Below are positions 61,746 through 64,000 of a DNA stretch of 64,000 bases, piece after piece. The DNA is from Fimicolochytrium jonesii (Eukaryota), in NCBI RefSeq assembly GCF_025526975.1, contig NW_026515702.1, positions 124,001 through 188,000 on the forward strand, given 5' to 3'. The position numbers and the translations under genes are program-made. How positions within the stretch are numbered: the stretch's first letter is position 1; every line of letters begins with the position of its first letter. Under the pieces are notes generated by a model that was not told the origin of the DNA, did not search any database, and saw only the letters and a list, made by a program, of their open reading frames with translations.

Positions 61746-63421
61746 ATGCTACCCCGCATCCCCGGCGTCCTAGCCGCCAAACCACAGGCCGCACAGCTCC
61801 GCAACATCGTCGCTAACCTCATGGGCTCCCGCGGGACTGGGTAAGCCCCACAAAATCGTCACTTCCTATCATGCCATTCACAAACATATGCGAGCTTACA
61901 CTATCATACGTTTCCCCCAGCTTCCCTGGCGCCCAACCCATCTCCTTCGCCCGCGACCACATCCACGAGCTGCAGCGCGAAAACTACTTTGTTTCCGAGA
62001 AGGCCGACGGGATACGATGTCTGATGTTCTCGACGACTGATTCGAATGGGCGGGGTGAGACTTACCTCGTACGTACCGTCATCATCATATCGGGGATTTG
62101 CTCTCGGATGGGGAGAGACGAGTGAATGACTTATTATGGTTGTGTGATTTCAGATTGACAGGCATAATGAGTACTATCGCCTAGACTTTGGGTTACCGAT
62201 ACCTGGCCGCCGTGGAGCGTTCCATTATGATACGATATTGGATGGAGAGCTGGTGTTGGATGTGTATCCGGATCAGAAGGTGCGGGGAGGGGATATGCGA
62301 TGGGCGGTGGGACCGATGCGGGCGGGGACTAACGGAGGGAACTGATTGAATGCAGCAAGTTTTGTGGTTCTTATTGTTCGACTGCATGGCTGTGGATGGC
62401 AAGAGTTTGGTGGAGAGGGATTATATGAAGCGGTTGGGGGTGAGTGAGGAGCGGTGGGCATTGAGAGGGAATCGCAGCGGATGAGGAGAACTGATATCGC
62501 CTCGACAGTATCTGAAAGAGACCATACTGAAGCCGTACAAGGAGCTGATGAGCCAGGACAAGAACTATGCCGCTGTACAGCCGTTCAGGTACGGAAACAA
62601 TTACGCCCTTACTCCTGGCGACGCCCCTGCTGAACATTTCCCACAAATAGAATGGACCTAAAACCCCTGCAACTCTCCTACCACCTCCAAAAAGTATTCG
62701 AAGACATCCCCAACCTGAAACACAAATCCGACGGGATCATCTTCACGTCGAGCGTGGCCAGGTATTACACGGGGACTTGTGAGAAGATGTGGGTAAGCCC
62801 GTGTCAATCATGTCGGAGTTCATGGGGTAGAGACTATACGTTCCAGAGAGGGCATGTCTCTGACAATGGACGAATCTTTGGTTTGTGCAGGCTTAAATGG
62901 AAACCGGCCAACGAAAACACAGTCGATTTCCGGATACGAGTCGTCGGCGACTTTAGTCAACCCGAGTACGCTCTCGAACTATGGGAGGGCCGTGACGAGT
63001 ACTCTGAGTTTGGGATGTTGACGTTGGAGCCGGAGCTGGAACAATCGTACGTGTGACTGAAACTCCCCTTTCCTATTTCCATCCCAATCTCATCGATGCG
63101 GTATAATGTGCTTAGATGGGCCAGATCGCCACCCGAAAACCGCATCATCGAATGCCGCTACGACCCGTCCTGGCCCGGCCAATGGCGGTTCTCCCGCTGG
63201 CGCGACGATAAGCAGCATGCGAATCATAGGAGCACTTATCGGAAGATCATGGAGAGTATTCGGGATGGGGTTGATGAGCAGGAGGTGAGTAGGGGTGACA
63301 GAGTAATGGGGGAGAGGGGATGGGAATCTCATGAGTATTGGTGCAGTTGTTGAACTCGGCGCCGTTGATTCGTTCGAAGTGGAAGGATAGGGAGCGGGAG
63401 GCTGCTACTGGTCGGGTGTAG
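61746..63421 (+). CDS. CEG1: mRNA capping enzyme guanylyltransferase subunit, multi-exon
   Basis: Motifs FPGAQPISF, EKADG (motif I), LDGELV, LLFD, DGIIF, LKWKP..NTVDF, IIEC, R.DK..AN. Canonical introns. Confidence 0.95.
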
Positions 63422-63943
63422 ACCAATAGGGTCCCGAGGGGGTTGCATGGCTATCCGTTGATGGCTTTCGCAAGGAATGGCACTTTGCCCCTCCGCCACC
63501 GGATTTTCGACAAACCATATGCGTATGAATCAGGGAAGATTCGGCGTCGCCATCTCAAAGTCTAGTCGCACACTGACGACTTCATCATCCTCGGCTGTTC
63601 CATGTCTCTGGGGACCCAGAGGAGCCCTTGTATACTCTCTGATACGTGGATAGAACATTTTCCCCACTTGCACGCCCTTTTCGCATACATACATATATAG
63701 TTCAGATTACGGAGATCGATGTAGAGATTATTGGAGAGGTATTGAGCATTTGTGAATGGGGATGTGTGAGGGTTCTCGAATAGAATCTGTGGTTTTGCGT
63801 ATAAGCCGTCTTTTCGTTGTGTGAGGGAGAGGGAGGAAGAGCGGCGGCGCGGGCGAGTGACAGCAACTTTCGGAGGAAGCCTTGAACAACACTCCCTCAA
63901 ACCCAAACCAAATACCTAGAGCGGCACATTATCTTCATCCGAC

Positions 63944-64000
63944 ATGGACTGCCAGCAGCAGCAGCAGCAACCAACCCACTACGATGCTATTATCCTCGGC
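63944..64000 (+). CDS. 5' start of a probable Rab GDI/REP-family (or other Rossmann-fold) protein, truncated by the window end
   Basis: MDCQQQQQQPTHYDAIILG resembles the YD.IILGTG start of GDI/REP proteins. Only 19 codons are visible. Confidence 0.45.
   Translation, partial: MDCQQQQQQPTHYDAIILG

Overview
Eukaryotic, intron-rich (GT-AG) fungal DNA. It is almost certainly from a zoosporic fungus such as a chytrid, because it encodes the ciliary proteins DNAL4 and a TOGARAM/Crescerin-like TOG protein. Conserved genes, in order: FET3-like ferroxidase, GRX3/PICOT-type glutaredoxin (Trx + 2 Grx domains), DMM-1-like JmjC protein with a zf-4CXXC_R1-like finger, Pho2-like homeodomain factor, PASK-like kinase, DNAL4, LIN1/CD2BP2, FAU1/MTHFS, TOGARAM-like, CEG1, and the first codons of a probable Rab GDI/REP gene. 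There are four tRNA genes: Pro-CGG, Leu-AAG, Asp-GTC, Ala-AGC. Between the conserved genes lie compositionally distinct accessory blocks (about 9.0-23.7 kb, 34.2-39.8 kb, 49.8-51.3 kb, 58.2-61.5 kb). Three of the four abut the 5' side of tRNA genes and hold mostly decayed genes for nucleic-acid-acting proteins: OB-fold-like, DUF3990/ADP-ribosyltransferase-like, Fpg/Nei glycosylase-like and a possible His-Me finger. One accessory gene is intact: about 1117 aa, appearing to fuse a LEM-3/ANKLE1-type GIY-YIG nuclease to a uracil-DNA-glycosylase-like fold. It is flanked by scrambled inverted paralog fragments and a 103-bp hairpin. All domain calls were made by eye from motifs; no database search was run.
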